Positions 13,133-25,947 of a stretch of DNA of 64,000 nt are shown piece by piece. Source of the stretch: Dendrobates tinctorius (Eukaryota); the NCBI RefSeq assembly GCF_039654945.1, contig NW_027361688.1:17298001-17362000 (forward strand). The letters are read 5' to 3'. Numbering within the stretch: the stretch's first letter is position 1; each line of letters begins with the position of its first letter. A model generated the notes under the pieces. The model made no database searches and was not told the DNA's origin. It saw only the letters and a list, made by a program, of their open reading frames with translations. A program made the position numbers and the translations under genes.

Positions 13133-14303
13133 TGTAAGGGGAGGACAGGACTGTAGTCGTGACCTGAGACACTGTAACACCTATGTCCAGTCCTTACCCG
13201 GCAGAAAACTGTATTCTTCTCTTCAGCATACCTGCATCTCCAAATCCAGACTTCCCTGGGCACTTCCCAGGCGATAGCGGTCCCTTCTTTAGGTGAGCCC
13301 CAGTAATGGAGACACAGTCCAGGTTAACCTGATCATTCTCTTATTGCTTCACACGTTACATCCACAGTTGACATATCATGATATTCACTTGTTTCCTCAA
13401 TTTTCCTTGCTTGGCTGTCGTTTCTGTGCAGTACACGCCCAGACCGAACCGTCCTAGACTGCTCCCTAGTTCCTTCCTAGCCTGACCTTGCCATAATGAC
13501 AATTCCTTCTGCCTGTTTCGCCCCAGACTGAAAATCATCAGTCACCAGGTTTGGTTGCCTCTGGTAAAGCATCCGGCCCATCTGTACCGATCTCGTTGAA
13601 GCTCTATCTTCCTTCATCTCCTCACTCCAACCGACTCCTGCCCTAATAGCTCCACCCAGGCAATTAGTTGCCACATCTTTCCTTTCCTGTCCTGGCCCTC
13701 TGCTATGACACACAGTAGCCGTGGGTAACGTGGGCTGTAGCACTTTAATGTTACGTGGCTGCCGAGCTGTCCGGGCCTATAGCCCATCTGGACACTTGGG
13801 CACCCTGGCCCCGTCTCACCTAACTTCCTAGAAACTTCTGTCTTACTACCCGGCAGTCTCTCCTACACTTAACCCTCTATAAACATCCTATAAACTAAAC
13901 CTACATTGCCCACTAGTATGCCCCCATCTAGCGGCCCACAACAGTACTACACCTACCCTATGTATAAGAACTATAATATATAGTGCTCTCCTCTAATGTC
14001 CCCAAAAGGATGCACGTGACTTACCCTATACTGTACAGGAGTATTAGTAAACATTGTTACATTATATTACATTCAGTATTACACTAAAGGAACACAACAC
14101 AATTATACATAATCTTACAGAGAATAGTAACGCATGAATGCATGTGGCAGTACCATAAATGCGAGCGGTAATACATGTTACTATTTAGCAGTACCGCAAA
14201 TATTAACAAAGACATTACTCATAATAGCACATGTAAACATCAATATACTGAAAGCAATTAAAGGAAGGGAAGCAAGGAGGTAATTCTGTCCCACCTCCTT
14301 ACA
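13133..14303. mobile_element. Solo LTR (TGTAAGG...CCTTACA) with 4-bp TSD GCTG, inserted into an AGTGATGAGCGA-family MITE (13066-14345)
   Basis: TSD at 13129-13132 and 14304-14307. About 18-bp imperfect terminal inverted repeat. The host element resumes after the insertion and matches the copies at 55.4-55.7 and 57.0 kb. Confidence 0.8.
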
Positions 14304-14349
14304 GCTGTTCGACAGGTGCAACACATTCAGGGATTTCCTGTTTGTTGCC

Positions 14350-14660
14350 TCTTCTCCCCCAACCTAAACCCCACTGAACACTTGTGGGCCCATCTGAAAA
14401 GGGGGGTTTATGGTGACGGAAAAGAGTCACCTCTCTGCCCAATGTCTGGGGGGCCGTGGTGGTTGGTGCGGCCTAAAATGATGATCATCAACAGAAACTG
14501 ATGGCTGCTATATTGGTCACTGTTATTTTTTATGGAAATATCAGAAATGTATTTTTGAGTTATTTGGTTATTATTTAGTTGCCTAATAATTCTGCACATA
14601 TATATTCTCATAAGAGAGACAAAACCTTACTTTATCTTTCTTAAATATTCAGGTTTCAGG
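14350..14660 (+). mobile_element. Tc1 transposon remnants
   Basis: Peptide SPNLNPTEHLWAHLKR resembles the Tc1 motif SPDLNPIENLW. Confidence 0.55.
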
Positions 14661-15283
14661 TAGATTAACCTTTTGGATTGACCGACAGCACTGACTGGAG
14701 TCGTTCAATAATAAAATTAATCATCAGAAATACAAATTTCTTAATCTTAATTTTGCTCACGGTGTAGGGATCTATGGAAATATCATACCATGTATAGGGG
14801 GCAGTGGGGGCATTATTCTGTAAATAGGGACCTTCGGGGACATCATACTTTATATAGGGAGCTGTGGGGACATCATACTGTGTATTGGGGAGCAGTGAGG
14901 ATGTCATTCTTTGAGACTCGGGCCAGTTCTGTAAGTAGAGTGACTTAGGAGACATTACTGTACATGCTGTACATGGAGGAAATTAGGGGACATTATTACT
15001 GTAAGTGGGGGTGGTTTGAGATTTTATTAAATGTTAAGTGTACAGTTTAGAAGCATTATTATTATAGAGGCAACCAGGGTATTGTGATCGTCAAAGGGGG
15101 TATTATTATTTTCTAGGGGGGGGAATTTGGTCTCTGTTTCCAGCGCACTTGCACAGGGCATTAATATTTTCTAGGGGGTAATTTTACCATAGCAATGATT
15201 TTGATTGGGCATATTATGTACATATATGGCCAATAATACTATCAACACCTCTTATAACTCCGATGTATAAAGTATGCATTTTA

Positions 15284-15951
15284 GGCCCCCTTCACACGTG
15301 AAAAACCCACAGACATGTCCGCTTTTTTATCAGCAGCACAGACAAAATGCGTGCCGCACACTGATGACACATGGATGATATCCGTGTGTCATCAGTGTGA
15401 CACGTACCGGCGCCTGGGAAGAAGTGGTACAGTTCGCGCTTATCCCAGGCACCGGGTGCTGAAGGCAGCTCTCATCATTATTGCCTGGTCTCCCTGAGGT
15501 CAGTGCCACCAGGGGACAATGATGAGAGTTGTATTCAGGACAAGCTGTGTTGCTCCTGTGTACAATAAAGAATTGAATAAAATAGATACTGTGGGCTCCC
15601 GTGTAATTTTCATTCCAGAATTATGGCTCACACCATTTTTTTTTTAGTTAATTCTTTATTTTATATAGGAGGGACACAATGTGTGCGGAATACTACTCCC
15701 ATCATTATCGCCTGGTCGTGCTGATCTCAGGGAGACCAGGTAACAATGATGAGAGCTGGATTCAGGACCCGGTGCCTGGGATCAGCGTGAGCTGTACAGC
15801 TTTTCCCAGGGGCTGATACGTATCACACGGACACATGGATGTGGGACACGGACAGCAAAAGGACACACGGATGTTACACAGACACAGACTCCGGATCTCA
15901 TCAGTACTGGTTTTTCCTGTATAGGAATCATCAGGACGTATGAAGGAGGCC
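15284..15951. mobile_element. Harbinger-like MITE (GGCCCCCTTCACACGT...ACGTATGAAGGAGGCC)
   Basis: TIRs, TTA flanks, and internal inverted segments. Confidence 0.65.
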
Positions 15952-17891
15952 TTATACTGTTTGTAAAAAATGAAAGACACTTAATAAGTTTAAAAGGTTT
16001 TATTGATCAAAAAACAAACATAGGACGCTTCATCGTGACTGTGACCTTTCCACATTTTAGAATGAAGCTGTCACAGCAGAATGGATCAGCAAACGCAGGG
16101 TCTATTTCAGGGAGAGTATTAGCTCTGTGTTGTGGATATCAGGCAGATGCTGACCACTAACCCAGCAACGCCTCATTGTGTCCAGAAGCCATCAGATGAT
16201 AACAAGCCACAAGAGTCTGGTCATCTAAAAGCCGCTAGATATCACATTGTCAGCTAAAAGTAGCAATAAAAGCAGACACGCAGCATTTACCCAAAAGATA
16301 CAAAAATGTTTTATTAATCAGACAAAAGAAAATAATAGTATTCATGTTTGCAATCAAAGATTTAATTATTTTATTAACAACTATCACAAAAGGCCATATA
16401 TTGCTGTTTATAAGGGTGTGTGCACACATTGCGTATTCTGCTGCAGATACGCAGCAGTTTCTGCTGCGTTGTACAGTAGTATTGTAGTCAATGCAAAACA
16501 AAAACGCTGTGCACATGCAATCCGCAGCATGTCACTTCCTTGTGCGGATCAGGTGTCAAGCTGCGGATTTAGGCAAATCGACAGAATGCGACAGAGATTC
16601 CTGCTCAGCAGAGACGTCGGTCCAGGTGTCTTGCCCAGGCTGATGCTAGGCATCTGGTTGCTTCTTCTGGCTCTGCTATAACTTCATGCTTGAGTCAGCA
16701 GCAAGTAGACGCTTCTGGGACTAAGTCCTGTCTTTTGCTTACTGAGCATGCCCGTGGGACGACCTCTCTTTGGAGGTCGGAGGTCACATACGCAGGTCCT
16801 GTTCCTGCTCGGATTGGTCCACTACTGGGAAGGTCCCGGAGGGACGCCTCTGTGGGAGAGAGGGTCCCCGCCGAGTGTCCGGGTTGGAACCAAGGGGACC
16901 ATCACCTGGGTTCCGGGGGAAACCGTTTCCGGGGACAGAGTTCAGGGATGGACCGTGGAGACTGACAGGTGGGCTGGGGAGGAGCCAATATAAAAGGGGC
17001 AGGGAATGCGAGTCACAGTGAGTCAGCAGAACGAGACAGAAGGAGCAGGAGACCGTGGGAGCGACTGAGAGCCAGAGCAACTTACCGGAGCCAGGAAGGA
17101 GGCCAGAGACAGGAGAGATACTCCCCCTGGACATCAGTGGGACGGCGCCGAGACGACCGTACGAGAACCGCTGCCCTGCGTCGACCAGCGGCCGCTGCCG
17201 CCTTCATCCAGCCCGCGGCTGCGGCCTGCCCGCGGTCACTCGTGGCCGTTGCCACCTTGCTCCTGCCCGCGGCTGTGGCCTGCCCACGGACACCAGCGGC
17301 CGTTGCCGCCTCGCTCCTGCCTGCGGCCTCCCCGCGGACACCAGCGGCCGCTGCCGCCTCACTTCAGCCCGAGGCTGCGGCCTGTCTCCCGCCGCCCGCA
17401 GCCGCCCCGCTTCTACCCGTGGCCGCGGCTAGTTCTGTGCCGTCGGCGGCCACCACTGTCCCGCTCCAGTCCGCGGCAAGGGCCGGGCCGTTGCTTGCCG
17501 CGGGTCCTCCGTTGCAGTCGCTGGCTGCGCAGGTGGCCTGCCAGGCTCCACCCCGCATCGCAGCTGCTTGCCCCTATCCGGGGGCTGCGGCCCATCTGTC
17601 CAAGGACTCCTCCAGGGCCTCTTGTGCCCCTGCTTCACCAGAGCGCTGGAACGCTCGAAGACTACGAAAGATCTTTAGTGGCTGGGCCCAGCGGCTGCTA
17701 CACCGAAGAACCATCGTCCGGGACGTCGAGCCTGTTAAGTGACACTATATAGTTAAGGACCCGTAGTCAGCCATACCACGGCCCTATAGTGACCGGCTTT
17801 TGCCGAACGTAGTCGTGTTCTCATATTTCCGTGATTGCTTGTATTGAGTACCTGCGAGGACAATTCCTGTTATTTGTTCGGTTGCTTAGAC

Positions 17892-19405
17892 CAGTGGTCC
17901 CCAACCTTTTTTGCACCAGGGACCGGTTTCAAGCAAGACCATTCTTCCATGGCCCGGCAGGACGGGGATGGAGGTGTGGCAGGGGCGGGGCTTTTGTCAT
18001 AAGGGGGCGGGGCTTTGGACACGGTTGTAGTGTAGCAGTGCATACTTATAATTAAATAACATTTATAATGTGACTCAACTCACCATAGGTTTTGAATAAG
18101 TGCTCCATCACCCCCTTCTCCCCATCATTGCCTTCATCCCATCACTCCCTTCTCCCCATCATTGCCTTCTCCCCATCACTCCCTTCTCCCCATCATTGCC
18201 TTCACCCCATCACTGCTGTCTCCCCATCATTGCCTTCACCCCATCACTCCCTTCTCCCCATCATAGCCTTCACCCCATCACTGCTGTCTCCCCATCATTG
18301 CCTTCGCCCCATCATTGCCTTCACCCCATCACTCCCCTCTCCCCATCATTGCCTTCACCCCATCACTGCTGTCTCCCCATCACTGCCTTCACCCCATCAC
18401 TCCCCTCTCCCCATCATTGCCTTCACTCCATCACTCCCCTCTCCCCATCATTGCCTTCACCCCATCACTCCCTTCTCTCCATCATTGCCTTCACCCCATC
18501 ACTGCTGTCTCCCCATCATTGCCTTCACCCCATCACTCCTCTCTCCCCATCACTGCCTTCACCCCATCACTCCCCTCTCCCCATCATTGCCTTCACCCCA
18601 TCACTCCCCTCTCCCCATCATTGCCTTCACCCCATCACTCCCCTCTCCCCATCATTGCCTTCACCCCATCACTGCTGTCTCCCCATCATTGCCTTCACCC
18701 CATCACTCCCCTCTCCCCATCATTGCCTTCACCCCATCACTGCTGTCTCCCCATCATTGCCTTCACCCCATCACTCCCCTCTCCCCATCATTGCCTTCAC
18801 CCCATCACTCCCTTCTCTCCATCATTGCCTTCACCCCATCACTCCCCTCTCCCCATCATTGCCTTCACCCCATCACTCCCCTCTCCCCATCATTGCCTTC
18901 ACCCCATCACTCCCCTCTCCCCATCATTGCCTTCACCCCATCACTCCCCTCTCCCCATCATTGCCTTCTCTCCATCACTCCCCTCATGGCCTTCTCCTCA
19001 TGTCCCCATCTCCTCCAGGGCCAGGCCAGGCCAGGCCACACACACACGCACGCACGCACACACCTCTCTCCTCTCACCTGCCAGCCGCCCGCGCTTCCTC
19101 GCTCTGACACAGCAGCCGCGCTCTCCTCTCTGTGTCAGTCAGAGACAGGAAGCGCGGGCGGCGGACAGGAAGCACGGGCGGCGGGCAGGAAGCTGGACGG
19201 GTCCTTGCAGCTCCGCTCCTGCTATTCCCTCTTGCAGGCAGCGGAGCTGCTTGGATCGCTCCCTGGCCGCCGCTAAGAATTGCTGCGCGCCGCCCCAGCC
19301 CCCGCTACTCCACTGACCGCCCCTGGCTCCCCTTGTGTCCGCGGACCGGCAAGGGCACTGCAGCGGCCCGGTGCTGGGCCGCGGACCGGTGGTTGGGGAC
19401 CCCTG
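17892..19405. mobile_element. hAT (Charlie-like) non-autonomous element with perfect 8-bp TSD GCTTAGAC, nested in LTR B
   Basis: TIRs CAGTGGTCCCCAACC / GGTTGGGGACCCCTG. TSD at 17884-17891 and 19406-19413. Confidence 0.92.
18103..19000. repeat. Pyrimidine-rich minisatellite of alternating 17-bp units (CCCCATCATTGCCTTCA / CCCCATCACTCCCCTCT) inside the hAT element
   Basis: Direct inspection. Explains the long low-complexity ORFs in all three + frames. Confidence 0.95.
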
Positions 19406-20779
19406 GCTTAGACTACCCCTACTGATAGTTACCTATAAAAGTTATTACTAGAAACACCAGACCGTCTCGCGTCTCGTCACTGCATCCTGCGTACCTGCCA
19501 GTACCACACCTCTATAAAAGAGTCGCATGGCTGCTCGGCCATGCGCTAGTATAGACTCTAATGGTTAGTTGTGTGTGTGATGATGGATGCTTGAGACTGG
19601 TGACTGACTCATTAAGAAACCTCTACCCTTGGTTGTGTTTGTGTTCAGGGTTAGTGTTTAGAGTCAGCGCCGAGTAGTGGCACTGCCTAGCGCCGTAGTG
19701 TCCCAGTCTCCTCTCACAAAGAAATGCCAGAGTGTGCCATCCAGCACGAGGCTCATTGTACAGCATACTGCAGCATCCATCAGTGCGGCGCCGTGCACTG
19801 ATAGAGCGCTTTCCAGTTAAGCGTAAGCTGGACAGTGGCGCCCGCTAGTGCGGCGCTGCATGCACCAGTAGCCGTGCTACCTTTCTTTATTCAGTCCTGG
19901 CATCGCAGTTGCGGTGTCGAATGCTAGTGAGACTAGCGGGACTCCAACCCTGTGTCCTTGGGGCAGAGTCTTGTGTCCCTTTAGTAGCGCTCACCCTGCC
20001 GAGCCCTGTGAAGTTAGCAGGCTCCGGCGTTGGCTTCTGTGGCTCTGTGCGGTAACAGAGTTCGCTCCTGTGCACACCGGGTCAGCGGTTATCCTGCCGG
20101 TGCTCAGTTAGTGTCTGCCATTACTAAGCAGCAGTTACCACCTTTGCATGGTGGACACCGGGCTGCGAACAAACCCTACTATTATTTTATTATTTGGTGC
20201 GTTCCGCCAGCCCTAACACCGTGTAGTGATGAGCGAACAGTGACTTGCGTGAGATCTCAGCGGCAGGAGGAGGACACTGAGGAGGTGCAATCAGGCTAGA
20301 TGGCAGGCAGAGATTGAGTTACATTTTCAATAAAGATTATATAGCCATTGTGATGTGGATCTTCAAAGGTAAAACATCACCCTTATCAGGTCCAGGTGAT
20401 TTTTTTTTTTTTTAAATAATTTACTTACGCAAATTCAATTGTCAAATTCATATTTAACACTAAAAATCCCAGAGGTCAGTTAGATAAGGACAAAAAAACT
20501 CATGCATATAGGAAACACTTAGGAAAGAGAGGGATGAACCACCATCATAGAGTATAACCCATAAAATTCAATCTATTAAATATATCTCATATAATAGAAT
20601 TTAATAAAAGAGGGCTGTTAGTGCGTGCGTGTTATCTTATAAAGGGTACAGTGCGCGCAAATATTCTACTTACAGGTAAGTAAAGCAGTGAAAACTTTTC
20701 ACGCATCCTGAAGAAATCCAAACAAAACGTGCGTTGGGGTGGCGGGGACACTCCTGTTACCTTTACTTCACCACAGTAA

Positions 20780-21433
20780 AGGCCCCGTCTCACTAAGCAA
20801 TCTCGGTAGCGAGATTGCTGCTGAGTCACAACTTTTGTGACGTAACAGCGATCTCACCAGCGAGATCGCTGTGTGTGACAGCGATCAGCGAGCGGCCCCC
20901 CTGCCGGTATCGCTAATCGCTGGAAGAAACCTCTGGACATTTCTTTGGTCGCTGGTCTCCCGCTGGCCAGCACGCATCGCTGTGTGTGACAGGCGGGAGA
21001 CCAGCGATCAGGTGTAAAAAAATAATAAAAAAAAATAAAAAATATAGTTATTCTCACCTTCCGATGTCCCGTTCAGCCATCCCGCCTCTCTCCACGCTCC
21101 GGTCCCAGTGCTCCTTTGCATGAATGACCGCGAGACTTTGTTATCCCGCGAGACCGTGACATCTCGCGGTCATTCGTGCAAAGGATCACTGGGACCGGAG
21201 CGTGGAGAGAGGCGGGATGGCTGAACGGGACATCGGAAGGTGAGAATAACTATATTTTTTATTTTGATACTATTTTCTACAGCGATGCCGGGCGCTCGGC
21301 ATCGCTGTGCTGATCGCTGGTGAAGCTGTCTGTCTGACAGCTCATCAGCGATCACATAGCAACTTACTAGCGATCCTGACACCTTCATATCGGTGTCGGG
21401 ATCGCTGGTGAGTCGCTTAGTGTGACGGGGCCT
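20780..21433. mobile_element. Harbinger-like fold-back MITE (AGGCCCCGTCTCACTAAGC...GCTTAGTGTGACGGGGCCT); related to 27449-27845
   Basis: TIRs with TAA/TTA flanks. Near-perfect internal palindrome with arms of about 100 bp (21037-21260). Confidence 0.85.
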
Positions 21434-22149
21434 TTAGTCCATTCCTCCTGATCTGTGCCCATATTACAGTTAGGCACCCTGACAGCCACCGCTGACCTCT
21501 TTGACTGCATTATACTCTGTGGTGGTGGTTCATCCCCCTCCTTCCTAAATTCAATTGAATTTAAAAAGAAAACCAAGTTTAAATACATGTGAACTCCCCC
21601 CCCAAAAAAAACCAAAAAAAAACAAAACAGAAAAACACCTTTTCCCTCAAAAGAATGTGAATGGTCAATACTGCCGATAAAATATTTTCTAGGTGTTTAA
21701 ATGCATTGACACAAAAACATTTATTCTTTGTGCAGAAAAAGAGGAAAAACGATACGAAAGTCTGGTATAAATTAAATCAGATCAACCCATAGAATGAACT
21801 TAGTATGTCACTTGTTCAGCACGGTAAAAGCCAAAAAGAAAAGAAAAATCAGAATGGCCGTTTTTTCTCCCACTAAAAAAAAATCTAAAGTATTTTTAAT
21901 TTATTATAAGCTTAAAATATTTCCACAAACAATAAATGTCCATGGAATTGATTGAAAATAATAAAATAAAAAAAATACAAAATGTCCATGTCCACAAGGC
22001 CCACAATAGCATTGATATGTGAACCCACCAAATACTTACCTACATCTGAGCAGTGACATCAGGGAAATACCCAAGTGGAGCGACAAGAAGCACAACATTT
22101 TTAACATATCCACACGTGCCACCGAAATCTAATACCTGTTACTCACACA

Positions 22150-24422
22150 CAGAGGCGTATCTAGACTTTCTGGCACCCGGGGTAAGAATTCGCTTCAGCA
22201 ACCCCCCCCCAACACATATGCGACTTGCACACTTAGTCATGTACCCACGAGCTGCTCTCCCTAATGCTCTCAATGTTCGGTGTAAAACTGAGAGAAGCAG
22301 GAAGAGAAGCTCGTTGTCACAGGACCATAAGTATGAAAGTCACATATGAGTGAAGTGTCCATGTGATGAGTACTGGAAGCTGCAGCGCTGGATCCTGAGA
22401 TTGCAGCTTCTGAATTCTCACAGCGCATGCACTGCACATAGGGATGGGCGAATCCTGAAATATTCGGAATCGCTAGGCTGTAACGAGTCCGACTTGGAAA
22501 CTCGCTATTCGTTGCAAGTCTAGCGAGTCCAATGTTAATGAATGGGGATGTGAGTTTTGCAGCGATTCCTGTGCTGGAGAGAGAGAGAGAGAGAGAAAAA
22601 AAAAACAAAACTCCTAGCTAGTTTTTTCACAGTTTAATACAAGCAATCCTAGTTTCTTAGCGATTTTGTGTCCAGCTACTGACACAAAATCGCTAAGAAA
22701 CTCTGCAAAAACTAGGATTGCCATTCATTTGCATTGGACTCGTTACTGTGCGAGTAATCGCTTGGAAACTCGCAGAGTACCGACTCCTGCGAGTCCCCTA
22801 CTACTCGCAGAGTAACGAGTCCTAACGAGTAGATTCGCCCATCCCTAACTGCACACATTTAGGATTCTCCCGTACCGGTGGCAAGAGTACACGGTTATGT
22901 CAGTACAAGCATGTGATTTATATACTTCTGGCCACATTCCGACTAGACATGCCCGGCCTCGCTCCTTTCATTGAGTGAGGCCACACATGTTTAGTCAGTA
23001 CATGACCGCATGTATGTAAATTACTGGCACGAGAGAATCCTAACAACGTTCAGTGAGCACTGTGAGAATTCAGAAGTCTGCAGTCACATAGAATGACTGC
23101 AGACTCCGTACAAACCTGGACAACCTCTTTACTGTTCCTAACAAATAAAAACATGAGAATAAGTCAGTGTCACAAATAATATTTACATCCAGGTACCTTA
23201 TAGATGACGTCGTCTCTGGAGTCGTTCTCCTTTTCTTCTTCTTGTCCAGACCCCATGATGAGTTTTCTTATCCACAGTTGTCTCTGCAGACTTCCATCTT
23301 CTCCCATCTTCTGCAGCAAATCTCCACACGATGCCCTTAAAGATAGAAGTGTCATTATAATGCTCCCGAATAAAAATATCTGCAATATACTGCCACCTCA
23401 CACTATTCCCTCCATCCTCATACTGTCTCATCTAACATCCCACCTGTTCACCATACTGTCTACTCATATATTTATCCCCTCACTCTCTATACTGTCTGCT
23501 CACACATACCCCCAACTCCCCATACTGTGACTGCACACATCCCATCACCTTCACTCCCCATACTGTGTCCACATACATGTTTCCTATCGCTACTCATACT
23601 GTGTCCACATACATTTACCCCTTTGCTCCCCATACTGTCTGCACCCATCCCCCCCACTCACCCCCATACGGTTTGCTCATACATACTCTTAATTTTGTGT
23701 CCTCAAATCCCCCCACACACATTAAATCCCCCCATCCCCACTCCAAAATCCCCCCACACACATTAAATCTCCCCATCCCCACTCCAAATCACCCACACAC
23801 ATTAAATCCCCCCATCCCCACTCCAAAATCCCCCCACACACATTAAATCCCCCCATACCCATGCCAATTCCCCCTACACATTAAGTACCCCCCATCCCCA
23901 CTCTAAATCCCCTCACATTAAATAACCCCCCCATACCCTCTCTAAATCCCACACACACATAAAGTGCCCCCCATTCATTAAATAACCCCCCATCCCCACA
24001 CCAATTCCCCTCACACAAAGTGCCCCCCCCTTAATCTTCGGTGGTTTCTTCAGCTCCAGAGTGGAGCACACTTACCACCAGCCTTCGCTCTAGGGTGCGG
24101 CGAGTGACGTCAGCAGCGTGATTACATGACCTGATCATGCTGTTGACGTCGCTCTGACCCGGCGGTCAGAGCTTCAATTGTACTGCCGTCTGTTTAGACG
24201 CCAGTACAATTGCTCCCTGGGAGCCGCCACGCGCAGCTTGTCTGCGCCAGCTGTCAGCTTGACAGCCGACACAGAGAACTGCCGACTCCCAGGCCGGAGG
24301 GCAGCAGAATGCAGCCGCCGGGGGGAGACAGTACGGACCGCAGCATTAGGCAGCCCAACTGCGCCCCCCTGCCGGCTGCGCCCGGGGCTCATGCCCCGGC
24401 TGCCCCCCCGGATACGCTTCTG
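22150..24422. mobile_element. hAT-like non-autonomous element (CAGAGGCGTATC...GATACGCTTCTG) carrying nested MITEs and a C-rich minisatellite (23400-24030)
   Basis: Matching 12-bp TIRs. No TSD is preserved, so the two ends could belong to different copies. Confidence 0.5.
22439..22847. mobile_element. Ac-like hAT MITE (TAGGGATGGGCGAATC TIR) with perfect 8-bp TSD ACTGCACA
   Basis: 16-bp perfect TIRs. TSD at 22431-22438 and 22848-22855. Inserted in a Kolobok-type MITE related to 29215-29552. Confidence 0.92.
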
Positions 24423-25039
24423 ATTGCTGCGGCGGTGTAAAGCACATGTGACAAGAAAGAAGAGCCGTGGATGCCGGCAGGTAGGAGGAGGTTCACATCT
24501 GCTGGCCACTGATCCACCCGCGTAGACCGGGTCCTGTGAATCGGTTCACATTATCCGTACTCCTTTGGTTATTGTTCACATCATGTTTTAGGTACACGTC
24601 CGTGGCTTTAGTATGAATGCCTGAAAAACAAGATGGAGGCGTATCCACCAATGAGGCCATTCACTTTAACGAAGAAGATGGAGTCACTTTATGATCGATC
24701 AGACCCAAGGGTGGGATTCAGGCGGTCCTCAAAGATTTGGCTGGAATCTATTTTTAAAATTGCAGACAGTTACCCGAACCGTCAGGAAGCAGTGCCCCGA
24801 TCCGGTTCTGAGGGCATCCTTGGACGCACATTCAGTTGAAATATGTTACAGTCTACCGCAATAGTTAAAATAGCCGTCGGCCTAGCAGACGCTCGCAGCT
24901 GACGTCGGTGGCTTAGGATATCAATGTCATGCGCCGACCCGTCCACACCACCATAGAAGCAGGAAGAGGACGCTGCTGGATCTCAGACAGGTAATTTTCT
25001 TACTGGAGATGGCAATATGGGGGGCATAGGTGGACCAAC

Positions 25040-25580
25040 CTGGATATAGGACATATGGGGACCAAGATGAGGGACATATTGGAACCTGTATAAGGGACAT
25101 ATAGTGACCAGGATGAGGGACATATTGGGACCTGGATATGGGACATATAGTGACCGGGATGAAGAACATATTGGGACCTGGATATGGAATATATGGTGAC
25201 CAGGATGAGGGAGATATGGGGACCTAGATATGGGACATATGGGGATCAGGATAAAGGACATATTGGGACCTGTATAAGGGACATATAGTAACCAGGATGA
25301 GGGACATATTGGGACCTGGATATGGAATATATGGTGACCAGGATGAGGGAGATATGGGGACCTAGATATGGGACATATGATGACCAGGATAAGGGACATG
25401 TTGGGACCTGAATATGGAATATATGGTGACCAGGATGAGGGAGATATGGGGCCTAGGATGAGGTACATATGGCATGGGGATCTGGATAAGGAACATATGG
25501 GGACCGGGATGGATGACATATGAGGACCAGGATGAGAGACATCTGCGGACCAGGATGGGGACATTATTACAGGAAAGGGC
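25040..25580. repeat. Purine-rich minisatellite, about 19-21 bp subunits (GGGACATATNGGGACCAGGATGA) with higher-order repeats
   Basis: Direct inspection. Confidence 0.85.
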
Positions 25581-25947
25581 CCAGGATTGGGACATTAAAT
25601 AAAGGGGTCATAATTACTGTGGTGGTTATTAAGGACATAACCCCTGCTGCAATATGTTTTCCGTTTGAGGAGACTGTTTTCCATGGGGAAGGGGGACAAA
25701 AGGAAGGTCCTGTTACTGTGCAAGACAGCACTATGTGGCTTTTTTTTTCTTCATATGGTGCAGTGTAAAAGTCGGGGAAAAATTTAGCTGTGTGTTATTT
25801 TCTGCAGAGTCGAGTCCTGGCTGAAAGAGATGATAGCGCTGTGGTCTGCACTGGATGAAGAGGAAAAGTGAAGATCAATGACTTCAGCTAGAGACGTTAA
25901 TGGTGAGGCACTGTATCAACTATACACTTCTATTATACGTTAAATAC

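Larger units (their letters stand above)
16851..19508 (+). mobile_element. Solo LTR 'B' (TGTGG...CCACA) with 4-bp TSD CCTC, nested in LTR A
   Basis: TSD at 16847-16850 and 19509-19512. CCAAT/TATAAAA at about 16985-16995. GC-rich internal repeats of about 60 bp. Confidence 0.85.
16590..20218 (+). mobile_element. Gypsy-type LTR 'A' (5'-truncated, ends ...GCCCTAACA), split by nested insertions; same family as 25948-26918
   Basis: 16740-16846 and 19513-20218 align in order with the reverse complement of 25948-26700 (for example GGAAGGTCCCGG...TATAAAA...CTCGGCCATGCGCTAGTATAGACTCTA). Confidence 0.8.

Noticed and set aside
16969-17752. 257-aa Ala/Pro-rich ORF and overlapping ORFs
   Set aside because: GC-rich tandem repeats within solo LTR B; no domain and no splice structure.
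18092-19316. ORFs of 333-394 aa in all three + frames
   Set aside because: Translation of a stop-free 17-bp minisatellite inside a hAT element.
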